DNA of 49,920 bases. Origin: Candidatus Eiseniibacteriota bacterium. Its GTDB lineage: Bacteria > Arandabacterota > Arandabacteria > Arandabacterales > Arandabacteraceae. Each line of letters begins with the position of its first letter. The stretch's first letter is position 1. Where the stretch lies: positions 1-49,920 of the forward strand of contig JBDRNT010000055.1 of assembly GCA_043810925.1 (NCBI GenBank), given 5' to 3'. Positions 8,870 to 19,071 of this stretch are shown piece after piece. Made by a program: the position numbers and the translations under genes. Below the pieces are notes generated by a model. That model ran no database searches. It was not told the DNA's origin and worked only from the letters and a program-made list of their open reading frames with translations.

Positions 8870-11287
8870 TCACCGCCCGGTCCGGAGATGCTCGATGGCT
8901 TCGCGGGCTTTTTCCTTGAGCGCTCCGGGGGGAGCGAGTTCTATGTACTTTCGGTACGCCTCTATTGCCTTCAGAGGCTGACCGCTACGTTCGTAAGCGA
9001 CAGCGAGATTCCCGCGTGCCGGAATGAGAGCCGGATCCAGCACGAGAGCTCGCTCAAGAGTGGCAATAGCCCGGTCCAGATCGTCAAGCCTCAGGTGGCA
9101 GAGTCCCATGTCCGAGTGAAGGACCGCGTTGTTGGGTTCCACTGCAAGCCCCTTCTTAAGAACCTCGATGGCCTCTTCGGGTCTACCGGTCTTAAGAAGC
9201 AGGGTCGCCTCGGCACGAGTGGCCAGGGTCGAGTTGGGATCGATCGATCGGGCGTGCCTCAGGTATTTCAGGGCTTCGCCTGTTCTTCCAAGGGCTTCAA
9301 GCGTGCGTCCCAGACCGACATACGTGTTCGTGAGCGTCGAATCAATCTCGATAGCCCGGTAGAAGTTATCGAGAGCGTTTGCGTGATCCCCCATTGTGGC
9401 ATAAGCGTTTGCCAGGTTGGAGTAGACCACGGCGGGCCTTGGACTTCCCTTGAGGGCCCTCCTGTACTCGACAACGGCTTCCTCAGCCCGCCCTGCGCTC
9501 GTGAGCATGTTGGCGAGCAGGTCATGAGCCTCGAAGAAGTCGGGATCGACCTTGACTGCGTCGCCGGCCACACCGAACGCCTGACGCACCATGCCGGCCT
9601 CGAGATAGAGTGTCGCTGAGTTTACATATGTTCCCACATCATCACCGGCGGCAGCCAATGCTCGCTCGACCTTGTCTCTCACGGCGGCTGTGTCGCCCTG
9701 TTGTGCATGCCATCGGGCGACGTGGAGATAGTAAGTTGCACTGAGGAGTCTCGAAGAGTACTCCCGTAGGTCCTCTCCAATCCCGCGGATCTCGTAATCA
9801 AGGGGGGAGCAGCGGTCTGTCAGCGGTCGATCGAGGACGTATACCATCCCGCAGATGCGGGGTTCGCTGCCGAGAAGATTTCCCGGTACCGGCCCAAGGA
9901 GCGCGATCTTGGCTCGGCCAAAAATCTCAGCGGCCCGGGCGACGCATTCCTCCAGATTCGCCGGTCTATCGTTTTCACCTATGATAGATGGGTTTGAAGC
10001 TGCGAGGTCGTACACCGGCACTCCACCGGATTCCGTCAAGGACGTGTAGAGCAATGGGAAAGTCGAGAGGGCCCCGCTCGTCACCACGACACAATTCTCA
10101 CCGCACGCGGCCCGCGCGCTCTCCTTGATTGCTTCAGCATAGTCAATCGCGAACCATTCATCCCGTCGCGGGTGAACCGCACGCAAATTGGGTATGAGGA
10201 CAAGAAACGTGCACACCGCGACGATAGAGCCTGCGGACCTCCTGTACCTGGCTGCAAGGTCGGCAAGCGCCTGGAGTCCCAACCCCGCCAGCACACCTAT
10301 ACCGATCAATGCCGGAAACACGTGGCTCTCTATGTCGGGGATGCTGTACATGGCGAAGTGTCCTGCAAACAGCAGTACCAGGATGACAAAGCCTCCTACG
10401 AGAGTCAACCGCTTGACATTGGCTGCTACACCTGCAAGTGCGGCAAGCATCAGAATGAGTCCTGATTCGTTTGTCTCGACCCGGAAGAAACCTAAAAAAT
10501 CGGTGATCCGTGCTGCGCCGGCGAGCTCTCTCAACCGCCACCTGTAACTCTGCGCAGTGATGTGTGACAAGAATCCTGACAGAGTATCAGTACTGCCCCA
10601 TGTGAGCGGTGGCCCCAGACTCGCCCTCACGGGGATATAAAGCCATGCGGTCAGGCCTATGATCAGGAGAAGCGCCGAGAGGACCAGCGTCTTAACACGG
10701 GGTATGACTTTCACGCCGGCAGTGAGAATCACAACAGCGGCGATCACGGGATAGGCAAGACTGAGGTGATGTGAGAGCGATAGCCCGGCGACAAATGCGA
10801 TCAGGAGAAAGCTCCTCTCACCATATCTTCTTCCCAGGAGGGCCGAGTGAAGCAGTATTGCTGTGAAGAGGGCATTAAACGCATAGACCTCCGCCGTCGT
10901 AGCCTGAAGCCAGAAGGACTGGAGCGTGGCCAGACCGAGCGTCACGGCGAGAGCTATTAACTTGCCGACACGCAGTTCAGTGAGGATCAGATAGACGATT
11001 GCCAGCGTCGCAGACACCGCAACCGCCGAGAGGAGATTGTACCTGTAAGCCACCGAGCCCCATACGAAGAGAGATGAGAACAACTTGCCGATCATCACAT
11101 ACATGGGGTAACCGGGAGGGTGCGCGATGCTCAGTGTACGTGACGCCGCTATGAGCTCGCCGCTGTCGCCTGGAAGTACGCTCCTGGGAAGCGTGGCCAG
11201 GTAGAATGCCAGTGAAACAACGGAAATCAGCGCAGCGAGCAAACGCCGGTAGACCCTATCGCGCCCGGTTTCCAGATGTGCCATCAT
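8870..11287 (-). CDS. DUF2723 (TMEM260-like GT-C glycosyltransferase) membrane protein with C-terminal TPR repeats
   Basis: GDSGEL...AHPPGYP, AEVYA, GLSLSHH, many TM segments, followed by multiple TPR units. Confidence 0.85.
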   Translation of the reverse strand: MMAHLETGRDRVYRRLLAALISVVSLAFYLATLPRSVLPGDSGELIAASRTLSIAHPPGYPMYVMIGKLFSSLFVWGSVAYRYNLLSAVAVSATLAIVYLILTELRVGKLIALAVTLGLATLQSFWLQATTAEVYAFNALFTAILLHSALLGRRYGERSFLLIAFVAGLSLSHHLSLAYPVIAAVVILTAGVKVIPRVKTLVLSALLLIIGLTAWLYIPVRASLGPPLTWGSTDTLSGFLSHITAQSYRWRLRELAGAARITDFLGFFRVETNESGLILMLAALAGVAANVKRLTLVGGFVILVLLFAGHFAMYSIPDIESHVFPALIGIGVLAGLGLQALADLAARYRRSAGSIVAVCTFLVLIPNLRAVHPRRDEWFAIDYAEAIKESARAACGENCVVVTSGALSTFPLLYTSLTESGGVPVYDLAASNPSIIGENDRPANLEECVARAAEIFGRAKIALLGPVPGNLLGSEPRICGMVYVLDRPLTDRCSPLDYEIRGIGEDLREYSSRLLSATYYLHVARWHAQQGDTAAVRDKVERALAAAGDDVGTYVNSATLYLEAGMVRQAFGVAGDAVKVDPDFFEAHDLLANMLTSAGRAEEAVVEYRRALKGSPRPAVVYSNLANAYATMGDHANALDNFYRAIEIDSTLTNTYVGLGRTLEALGRTGEALKYLRHARSIDPNSTLATRAEATLLLKTGRPEEAIEVLKKGLAVEPNNAVLHSDMGLCHLRLDDLDRAIATLERALVLDPALIPARGNLAVAYERSGQPLKAIEAYRKYIELAPPGALKEKAREAIEHLRTGR

Positions 11288-11342
11288 ATGGTGAATAATG
11301 CCAGACACGCGCGGCCCTGACAAGCTCTCTCATCTGGGAGGT

Positions 11343-11430
11343 GTCACCGCGAGCTCCCAAAGGGAGCGTGGCATCCTCCTGTGAGGTGCGGCCCAAGGGA
11401 TTGCCACGTCACTACGCTCTTCGCAATGAC
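11343..11430. repeat. REP-like palindromic element (GTCATTGCGAG...CTCGCAATGAC type)
   Basis: Outer arms GTCACCGCGA (11343) / TCGCAATGAC (11421); inner arms CGTGGCA (11367) / TGCCACG (11402); lies in a divergent intergenic region. Confidence 0.65.
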
Positions 11431-11522
11431 GCCTCAGTACTGCGAGCTCCCCGCGTCATCTTCTTGTCTTCTCTCTTAAGAATAGCTTATGTTTCTATTG
11501 TCCGCGGAAGTGAGAGGTTATA

Positions 11523-12803
11523 TTGAGAGCACGGATCGGAAGACGCTGTCTGGTTACATCTGCAGTTTTCATCTCGGCAGCAATCATATCGATCGGGGTC
11601 CGGGCCGACAGTGACGATCTTGAAGATGACCTGAAAGCCCTTCGGTCTCTGCCCTATACGACGGTTACCAAGGATGAGAGCGATCCCGCTAAGGCCGGGG
11701 TCGTGAGGTTCAAACCATCAAAATCGTATAGAGGTTACAATCTCTACTGCAGCGGGCTGACCTCCGAAGTTGTCCTCATGGACATGACCGGAACAGTCGT
11801 GAACACGTGGGCATACGATGACGGGCCGCAGCGAGTATGGGATTTCGCCCGGATGCTTGATAACGGGGATGTGCTGGTGATTCGCAAGTTCCATGATGTC
11901 ATCAGACTCGACTGGAATTCGAACCTCGTATGGAGGAGTGAGACCGACGCACACCATGAGATAACGGCTCTTCCTGATAGTACAATCTATGTGATAGGCC
12001 GCGAGATTCACGCTCACAGAAGGTTGCATATTCGGTTCCCGGCGATAGTCCGCCTTTCAGAGGATGGTGAGGAGATCGAAAGATGGTCTACTTTCGCACA
12101 TCTTGACGAGATCAAACAGAAGTTCGACCAGCGCTCGTTTATTGACACCATCCTGGACAGCCTGATAGCCGATCGGGTCGATCCCAAGACCTGGGAGCCG
12201 TTGACGGCCTATGCCGAATCCGTAAAGGCGGAGATAGACGCGTGGCCGCGGAGATATGACCAGTTTCACATGAATACGATCAGCATCATTCCCGACACGC
12301 AGGTAGGCAGGTCTGACCTGAGGTTCCGTGAAGGGAATCTCCTGATATGTTTCAGGAACGTGAATCAGATAGCCGCGCTCGATCAGGATACGAAAGAAAT
12401 CCTCTGGGTGTGGGGTGAAGGTCATCTGGATTGGCCCCATCATCCGACCATGGTCGAGAGCGGAAACATCCTGATATTCGACAACGGGACCAGAACGCGG
12501 CAGTTCACGCGGTTGATCGAGCTCAACCCGCTGACAGAGGAGATCGAGTGGGAATATGTCGGCGATCCTCCGGAAAGTTTCTACACGCCTGAGCGCGGGT
12601 CATCTCAACGGCTGCCGAACTGTAACACTCTTGTATGTGAGGGTGACCGTGGGCGTTGCTTCGAAATTACAAGCGGCGGTGAGATCGTCTGGGAGTGGTA
12701 CAATCCCGCTATGAGAGGCAACCATCGGGAGCAGGTTTACAGGATGGAGCGCATTGCACCGGAGATCGTTGAGCCTCTGCTCGAGGCGCACAAGCATCCC
12801 TAG
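11523..12803 (+). CDS. Arylsulfotransferase (ASST) family beta-propeller protein
   Basis: Signal peptide; GYNLY, AHHEI, FHMNTI, PHHP, LIFDNG, SSQRLPNCNTLVCEG and GEIVWEWYNP motifs. Confidence 0.8.
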   Translation: MRARIGRRCLVTSAVFISAAIISIGVRADSDDLEDDLKALRSLPYTTVTKDESDPAKAGVVRFKPSKSYRGYNLYCSGLTSEVVLMDMTGTVVNTWAYDDGPQRVWDFARMLDNGDVLVIRKFHDVIRLDWNSNLVWRSETDAHHEITALPDSTIYVIGREIHAHRRLHIRFPAIVRLSEDGEEIERWSTFAHLDEIKQKFDQRSFIDTILDSLIADRVDPKTWEPLTAYAESVKAEIDAWPRRYDQFHMNTISIIPDTQVGRSDLRFREGNLLICFRNVNQIAALDQDTKEILWVWGEGHLDWPHHPTMVESGNILIFDNGTRTRQFTRLIELNPLTEEIEWEYVGDPPESFYTPERGSSQRLPNCNTLVCEGDRGRCFEITSGGEIVWEWYNPAMRGNHREQVYRMERIAPEIVEPLLEAHKHP

Positions 12804-12809
12804 CCTGTG

Positions 12810-15785
12810 CTAACGCAGCAGTATGATCTTGTGTTCGAAGGTTTCTCTGCCGGCCTTGATCCGCGCATAATACACACCCTGCGGCAGCGGGTTGCCCCAC
12901 ACGTCGGTAGCACTCCACGAGCCGGCGAGGCCGTTATCGGATGCCACAAGCGGTATGGCCGCAACAAACCTGCCCGCAACATCATAGACGGCGCAGTGGC
13001 TCCCGGCCGGGTTCGTGCCGGCCAGTCTCAGTGACACGCTCTGCGATGCAGGATTGGGAAATATGGTGAGTGCTATATGCGCCAGGGCCGGTCCGGTCGG
13101 ACCTCCCGGGCCGTCCGCCAGATCCAGAGTGTAGACAGGGCTGAAGGCACTTCGCTTGCCGTGTGGGTAGTCGACCGCCGCCACCCTCCAGCAGGTCACG
13201 CCGTCGTCGATGTCGCCCGGGGTCAGCGTGTAGACCGGTGACTGGATGCTGCTGATTCTCGTCAGGTCACCGGAGAAATCCGGATCGGCTGACAGTTCAA
13301 TGTCGTACCAGCCTTCGCTCCCGCACGTCGGGGTCCATGCCAGCCGGTCGCCGCCCATCTGATCGTCGTCAGGGGGGGCTATCGGCACCGGCGTCTCCGG
13401 CGGTGAGGTGAGACACGTGAACTCATAACAGGCGATGTCGCTCATCCTCACGAGTGAGGATATGGATGACGAAGAGAGCGAGCCGGCCGTGCTGTCAAGG
13501 GCGGCGACGAAGACCAGGTGCTCCCCAAGCAGTTGCGGAGGCGTCGTGATCTCCCATGTGACGGCCGTCCCGTGGCCGATGACGGTGGCTTCGCTCCACG
13601 CTCCTCTGAGGTTGTCTACCTTGTAGAGCACCTTCATTATGCCGTAGTCCCGGGGTGCTCTGAGCGATGTCGCTGTTCCCGTTATGGTCGGTGTCGGTGT
13701 GTAGGCTACATCACCGGGAAGCGAGTCAATCGTGACTTCGAGTCGCGGGGATATCTTCTCTCTGACCTTGATGATGTCCATGGAGTTGCCGGCATGATTG
13801 GCAACGTAGAGCTTCTCCAGAACGGGATCGTAGGCAATGCCGTGTGGCTCAGCACCTGTCGGTATTCTCAACCTTGAGAAGAAATTGCCGTCTATCAGGT
13901 AGATCGCATCATACGACCAGCCTGCCGTGAAGGCCCTATCGAGCCATTTGTCCATTTTCACTGCGAAGATGCCGACCTCACACGGAACGGGAGTCCTGCT
14001 GTACGTGTCGCCGTCGAGAACCGTCACCTCTCCATCGACGCCGCTGGCCACATAAATCGTGTTGGTGTTCGTGTTGATTGCCATACCCCGCGGCGTGGTT
14101 CCGACCGGAATCTCTTCCCGCTCGAGTGTGGTCCCATCCACAACAGTGATGGTTCGTCCGCCGCTATCGGCAGACAGTATCTTGTTGGTCACGGGTTGGA
14201 CACAGACCAGTGTTGGTGCGCGACCGATTGGGACAAAGGTCGTCGTGAGCAGGGCTCCGTCTACGACCGTGAGCGACCAGCTCGTTCGATTAGGCACATA
14301 GATCTTGTTATGATCGAGATTGATGTCGACATAGCATGGATAGGCTCCTGTTCTCACCATTGTGGTATCCAGTGTCTCCATGTCTATGACGCTGAGGTCG
14401 CGCGTGTATCTATTGCTGACGTATGCCTTTCCGGTATTGGGATTGAGGCCCAAACCGTGAGCATAGCCGCCAATAGGAACAAGCAGCGTATCCGGGCTGT
14501 CGCTCCTCTTCACAGTCAGCATGCCCGCCCAGGCACAGACGACATAGATATCGTCGCTCACGGGGTCTACGCGAAGGCCGTTCGGCCCGTCTGCGGTGGG
14601 GATGGAGGATACCTGATCCGTGTACCCATCTATGACCACAAGCCCCCCTGAGAACCACTTCGGGGAATAGACCTTATGGTTTCCAAGATTGATAAGCACC
14701 TGGCCGGGGCCGCCCATGGCTGATATACGCTCGCCGCTGTAGTTGCCCGCTTCGAAAACGCTGAGTGCCTGCGACTCGGTATCGGCGACATAGCACTTGT
14801 AGGTAACGGGGTTAAGAGCAAGCATGGCCGGGTTTCCCGGTACAGGGATCATCAGAGTGTCACCGTCAGAGTCTATCTCAACAAGAAGGTCCGCACCGGG
14901 CAGGCTTGCGAAGGCCCTGTCGGCCAGGCCGTCGATCGAGATGAACGCGGGTTCGGCCGGGAGCCCGACGTTTTGCGTTGCATACGTGTCCGTGTCCACA
15001 ATAGTGACACCGGCGGGCACAGTACCGGCGAAGAGGTGTCCGGTCTCGGGATTGAGGGCAAGCGCCGTGACCGGCCCATCGACAGAGACGCTGTAGACCG
15101 AGTCCGATTCGATTACGAAGACCGTTATTGCGGCCTCCCCGGAGTTCGCGATATAGAGTTCCCCTTTCTCGGGATCAATCTCAATGCCGGCGGGTGCAAG
15201 CCCGGTTGTGAAGTATGCTGTATCACCGGTTGAGGTATCGAAGTCGAAAAGCAGGTCAGAGTCGGTAAGCGTCGCAAAACCCCTTCCCGTCCATGGATCT
15301 ACAGCCACGGCGGTGGGACTGCCATCGCACAAGATAGTGTCTATTACGGCCGAGTTCTCCAGGACCCATATTGCGCTGTCACCTGCGGCGGCTACATACA
15401 CCAGGCCCCGGATCGGATCCAGGGCCACACCCGATGGGGACTCTCCGACCTCGACCAGGACCGTGTCACCTGTCTCGATGCTCATTATTGTCACCATGCC
15501 CGCATCGGCATGGCAGATGTAGAGCAACCTTGAAGCCGGGTCCAATCCTATCGCGTCCGGGGTATCCACAAGGTCGAACAGGGTCACGTCATATGAGGCC
15601 TCATCGATTCTCATGAGGTGGGCCGTAGCGGCACCGACAAAGAAATCTCCCGTCACGGGGTCGATTAGAACCGAACGGGGCTCGGCAGGCAGCTCAATGT
15701 CTCCGCAGTGCCATATCGAGAAGCACGCGGAAGGAATGAAAACGAGTACAAGCACCCCCAGCAACAACGATAACCTGTTCAGCAT
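12810..15785 (-). CDS. Secreted YVTN/YncE-like beta-propeller repeat protein with C-terminal FlgD-Ig/T9SS-like sorting domain
   Basis: Many repeats such as VGESPSGVALDP, VGTTPRGMAINTNTNTIYVA and LYVANH; C-terminus IFPNPAS...VYDVAGRFV...GVYYARI...KIILLR. Confidence 0.85.
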   Translation of the reverse strand: MLNRLSLLLGVLVLVFIPSACFSIWHCGDIELPAEPRSVLIDPVTGDFFVGAATAHLMRIDEASYDVTLFDLVDTPDAIGLDPASRLLYICHADAGMVTIMSIETGDTVLVEVGESPSGVALDPIRGLVYVAAAGDSAIWVLENSAVIDTILCDGSPTAVAVDPWTGRGFATLTDSDLLFDFDTSTGDTAYFTTGLAPAGIEIDPEKGELYIANSGEAAITVFVIESDSVYSVSVDGPVTALALNPETGHLFAGTVPAGVTIVDTDTYATQNVGLPAEPAFISIDGLADRAFASLPGADLLVEIDSDGDTLMIPVPGNPAMLALNPVTYKCYVADTESQALSVFEAGNYSGERISAMGGPGQVLINLGNHKVYSPKWFSGGLVVIDGYTDQVSSIPTADGPNGLRVDPVSDDIYVVCAWAGMLTVKRSDSPDTLLVPIGGYAHGLGLNPNTGKAYVSNRYTRDLSVIDMETLDTTMVRTGAYPCYVDINLDHNKIYVPNRTSWSLTVVDGALLTTTFVPIGRAPTLVCVQPVTNKILSADSGGRTITVVDGTTLEREEIPVGTTPRGMAINTNTNTIYVASGVDGEVTVLDGDTYSRTPVPCEVGIFAVKMDKWLDRAFTAGWSYDAIYLIDGNFFSRLRIPTGAEPHGIAYDPVLEKLYVANHAGNSMDIIKVREKISPRLEVTIDSLPGDVAYTPTPTITGTATSLRAPRDYGIMKVLYKVDNLRGAWSEATVIGHGTAVTWEITTPPQLLGEHLVFVAALDSTAGSLSSSSISSLVRMSDIACYEFTCLTSPPETPVPIAPPDDDQMGGDRLAWTPTCGSEGWYDIELSADPDFSGDLTRISSIQSPVYTLTPGDIDDGVTCWRVAAVDYPHGKRSAFSPVYTLDLADGPGGPTGPALAHIALTIFPNPASQSVSLRLAGTNPAGSHCAVYDVAGRFVAAIPLVASDNGLAGSWSATDVWGNPLPQGVYYARIKAGRETFEHKIILLR

Positions 15786-15859
15786 CAATGTATTCCTCTC
15801 ATATAAAAACACCGGCGAGTCGGCACACTCCCGGCGTCCCATTACCTAAGATCGAGACT

Positions 15860-15888
15860 ATTGTACCACGGAATCCCGTAGAAGTCAA
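15860..15888 (-). promoter_or_regulatory. sigma70-like promoter for the YVTN gene
   Basis: Minus strand TTGACT-17 nt-TACAAT with TG extension. Confidence 0.6.
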
Positions 15889-15994
15889 GCCTTACCGTCA
15901 CCGCGGGACGGAGGTGGATTCCGGTGGCACGAGAGGTTCCAAGATGTTATAAAGAATTCGAAGGCTTCGATTCGCCGGAAAGGGGATACATAAC

Positions 15995-17218
15995 ATGGTT
16001 AATCCAGTACGATCGGCAATCTTACTGGCTCTCGCTGTGGGTCTGTTCCTGGCCTGGAGCGGTCCCGGCTACCCGGAAGACGTCTCGCAGATCATGAGCC
16101 CCAAGATCAAGAGATTGCAGGAGAAACTCGGCCGAACATATAGCGATACAGTCTCATGGCCTGTGACGACCTTCCTTGAGGAAAACGCCGGCAGGTTCCC
16201 GCTCATCGAGGATAGTCTTGTCACCTTTGTCTACAACGGCACAGTGGGTTTGAGGGCAACCGTCCCCTCCGACATAAACCGCTGGGATCCAAAGACCCAT
16301 GAGATGACAAGGCTGGCCGGGACCAATCTCTACTACCTGACACTCGCAATGCCGATGGATGCGCGCATAGACTACAAGTTCTACGTCGACCGGCTCTGGA
16401 TGCTTGACCCGCTCAACGCGAGGACGATATCAGGCGGTTTCGGAGATAATTCCGAATTCAGCATGCCCGCCTACACTGCGCCATCTGAAATCACCGAGAC
16501 CATGTTCCCTGAGCGGGGTACGGTCGATGTTCATGAGTTCACGAGTGACATACTGCCCAGTACGAGGAAGATCCAGGTGTATATGCCATTCGGGTCACGG
16601 CCTGACTCGACGGGTGAGATCCCCAACCCCGGTCCCTATCCTGTCGTCTTTGTACAGGATGGGGGAGAGTACATCACCCTCGCTTCGATGGTCAACGTGC
16701 TCGATAACACTATCCGCCGGGGCCGTATTCCCCCCATCATCGCCGTCTTCGTCGATCCGTTCGACAGGAATTACGAGTACTGGCTGAATGCCGACTATGA
16801 GAGGTTGCTTATCGAAGAGATTGTACCATTCATCCGCGTGCGCTATGACGTCAGCACCCGGCCGGACGATACTGCGATCATGGGGGCATCGCTCGGAGGC
16901 GCCATATCCTTTATGATCGCCATGAACCACCCCGAGGTTTTCGGCATGTGTGGTTCCCAGTCGGGGGCATTCGAAGTGGATGACGGGAGACTCCTCGTGC
17001 AGGTGAAGGAAAGCCCGAAACAGCTTGTCGACTTCTACATCGACTGTGGCAGATTCGGTGATCTCCTGAGCGAGAACAGGAAGATGCAGGCGATCCTCAC
17101 CGAAAAAGGTTATCGCATGAGGTACCAGGAGTTCAACGAAGGGCACAGTTGGGGCAACTGGCGTGCCCATATCGACGATATGCTTGTCTTCTTCTGGGGA
17201 AGGAGGGGAGAGCAATGA
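15995..17218 (+). CDS. Secreted alpha/beta-hydrolase esterase (enterochelin esterase/Fes-like) with N-terminal early-set domain
   Basis: YKFYVD...LDPLN domain, YPVVFVQDG, nucleophile GASLGG, EGHSWGNW. Confidence 0.85.
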   Translation: MVNPVRSAILLALAVGLFLAWSGPGYPEDVSQIMSPKIKRLQEKLGRTYSDTVSWPVTTFLEENAGRFPLIEDSLVTFVYNGTVGLRATVPSDINRWDPKTHEMTRLAGTNLYYLTLAMPMDARIDYKFYVDRLWMLDPLNARTISGGFGDNSEFSMPAYTAPSEITETMFPERGTVDVHEFTSDILPSTRKIQVYMPFGSRPDSTGEIPNPGPYPVVFVQDGGEYITLASMVNVLDNTIRRGRIPPIIAVFVDPFDRNYEYWLNADYERLLIEEIVPFIRVRYDVSTRPDDTAIMGASLGGAISFMIAMNHPEVFGMCGSQSGAFEVDDGRLLVQVKESPKQLVDFYIDCGRFGDLLSENRKMQAILTEKGYRMRYQEFNEGHSWGNWRAHIDDMLVFFWGRRGEQ

Positions 17219-18195
17219 GAAACCTGCTGATCGGCGTGGTCCTTGTCCTGGGATGTGCGGCAACATGTTTTGCCACGGCGCCAAACAGGCTTTCAAACGT
17301 TTCCACTTTCTCGATTGTAGGATTCGATCCGGAGACGGGTGAACTGGGTATCGCGGTGGCTTCGAAATTCCTCGCGGTCGGTGCAGTCGTGCCGTGGGCA
17401 AGTGCGGGGGTCGGAGCTGTTGCGACCCAGTCATATGCCAATACGATGTACGGCCCTGAAGGGCTTGCGCTCCTTGCCTCCGGTCTTGATCCACATGAAG
17501 TCCTCGACCAGTTGACCGGAGCCGACGAGGGCAGGGAACGACGGCAGGCGGGGATAGTGGACGCAGTGGGGCGGTCGGCCACCTTCACCGGCAAGGAATG
17601 CATCGCCTGGGCCGGAGGCAAGGCCGGCAAGTACTATGCCTGCCAGGGCAACATACTTGTCGACGAGACGACCGTCACGGCGATGGCGGAGACATTCGGG
17701 GCGACCGTGGGTCCGCTGGGCCTCCGTCTGGTCAAAGCGCTCAAGGCCGGTGAGGAAGCCGGGGGCGATTCCAGGGGCAAGCAGTCGGCTTCACTGCTTG
17801 TGGTCAAAGAGGCCGGCGGATATCTGGGTCTGAATGACAGGTATATCGACCTGAGAGTCGATGACCATAACGAACCGGTTGAGGAATTGTCGCGTCTGCT
17901 GGCGATACAGCTTTCCTACAGCGCTCTCTTTGAAGCCAGTGCTCTAAAAGAGGATGGCGATCTTAAGGGCGCTCGGGGCGCGGCCCTGAAGGCGGTCAAG
18001 TTGAACCCCACCTTGCCGGATGCCCTGTACGATCTTGCATGCTATTACTCGCTTTCCGGCATGAAGGATGAGGCGCTGGCGACCCTTGGAGAGGCCCTTG
18101 CGCTGTCACCCGGTTTTAAGAAGATGGCGCGTGAGGACTCCGATCTCGAAGCACTCAGGCAAGACAAAGCCTTCAAGGCGATGGTTGAAGAGTGA
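17215..18195 (+). CDS. DUF1028 (Ntn-hydrolase-like) protein with C-terminal TPR
   Basis: TFSIV...LGIAVASKFLAVGAVVPW, GAVATQS, QGNIL, GGDSRGKQSA, DLRVDDH; TPR YDLACYYSL. Confidence 0.88.
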   Translation: MRNLLIGVVLVLGCAATCFATAPNRLSNVSTFSIVGFDPETGELGIAVASKFLAVGAVVPWASAGVGAVATQSYANTMYGPEGLALLASGLDPHEVLDQLTGADEGRERRQAGIVDAVGRSATFTGKECIAWAGGKAGKYYACQGNILVDETTVTAMAETFGATVGPLGLRLVKALKAGEEAGGDSRGKQSASLLVVKEAGGYLGLNDRYIDLRVDDHNEPVEELSRLLAIQLSYSALFEASALKEDGDLKGARGAALKAVKLNPTLPDALYDLACYYSLSGMKDEALATLGEALALSPGFKKMAREDSDLEALRQDKAFKAMVEE

Positions 18196-18221
18196 GCAGC
18201 TGACCCGACCAGGATTGGATA

Positions 18222-18983
18222 ATGGCGGAAGGTCCGTTAGTACACCACAATGCCAGGCAGCTCAGACGCGTGCTCAAGGGTAAGAAGGTCCGGATCGAGT
18301 TCGGTGTGCGTAAGCTCAAGGGGCTCGAGGCCTCACTCCGGGACCTGCGGTTGGATGACGTTGAGGCCTTTGGCAAGCAATTCCGCATCAGACTCTCTGA
18401 TAAGAGGATCATTCTTGTACACCTCATGATGTGGGGTTACTGGCGCGTTTATCGCAAAGGCGAGACCTGGGATAGACCGCGTGAGCGGGCGCGCCTGATC
18501 TTGAGTACCGGGTCCCACGATGCGGTCGCGTTCTCGGCGCCGGTCGTAAGGCTTCTCACACAGGAGGACATAGACCGGCACCCGACGTGGGGCAATCTTG
18601 GTCCGGATCCTCTAAGAGACGACTTCTCAAGGAAAGAATTCCTGCGGCGTCTTGATGCCGGGCCGTCCCTCACGATAGGTGAGGCATTCCTGGATCAGAC
18701 GATCATATCCGGTGTGGGGAACATCCTCAGGATCGAAATCATGTTTCGCGCGAAGATCCACCCCCGGAGAAAGGTTGGACGGCTTTCCCCGAATGACAAG
18801 CGGCGCCTCACTGACTGGACACTCAGACTGATGAAGAGGTGGCTTGATGAACGGGGCAGAGAGGATGAGTGGATCCGGATCTATCGCGGCAAGAGTAAAC
18901 CGTGTCCGAGATGTGCAGGCCGCGTGGAGTCGTTTCGGCAGGCCGGGCGGATCACCTATGCCTGTCGTGACTGCCAGATTTGA
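18222..18983 (+). CDS. Fpg/Nei-family DNA glycosylase (endonuclease VIII-like)
   Basis: GKQF, HLMMWG, LGPDPL, H2TH LDQTIISGVGNI, zinc finger CPRC...CRDCQ; N-terminus is MAEG. Confidence 0.85.
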   Translation: MAEGPLVHHNARQLRRVLKGKKVRIEFGVRKLKGLEASLRDLRLDDVEAFGKQFRIRLSDKRIILVHLMMWGYWRVYRKGETWDRPRERARLILSTGSHDAVAFSAPVVRLLTQEDIDRHPTWGNLGPDPLRDDFSRKEFLRRLDAGPSLTIGEAFLDQTIISGVGNILRIEIMFRAKIHPRRKVGRLSPNDKRRLTDWTLRLMKRWLDERGREDEWIRIYRGKSKPCPRCAGRVESFRQAGRITYACRDCQI

Positions 18984-19071
18984 CGAATCGCTCAAGCAAC
19001 CATGTTTCACCGGCGGGAATCAAACGGAGAGTGATATGAGAGGTCATCTGCGTTCGCATGAAGAGGAGTGA

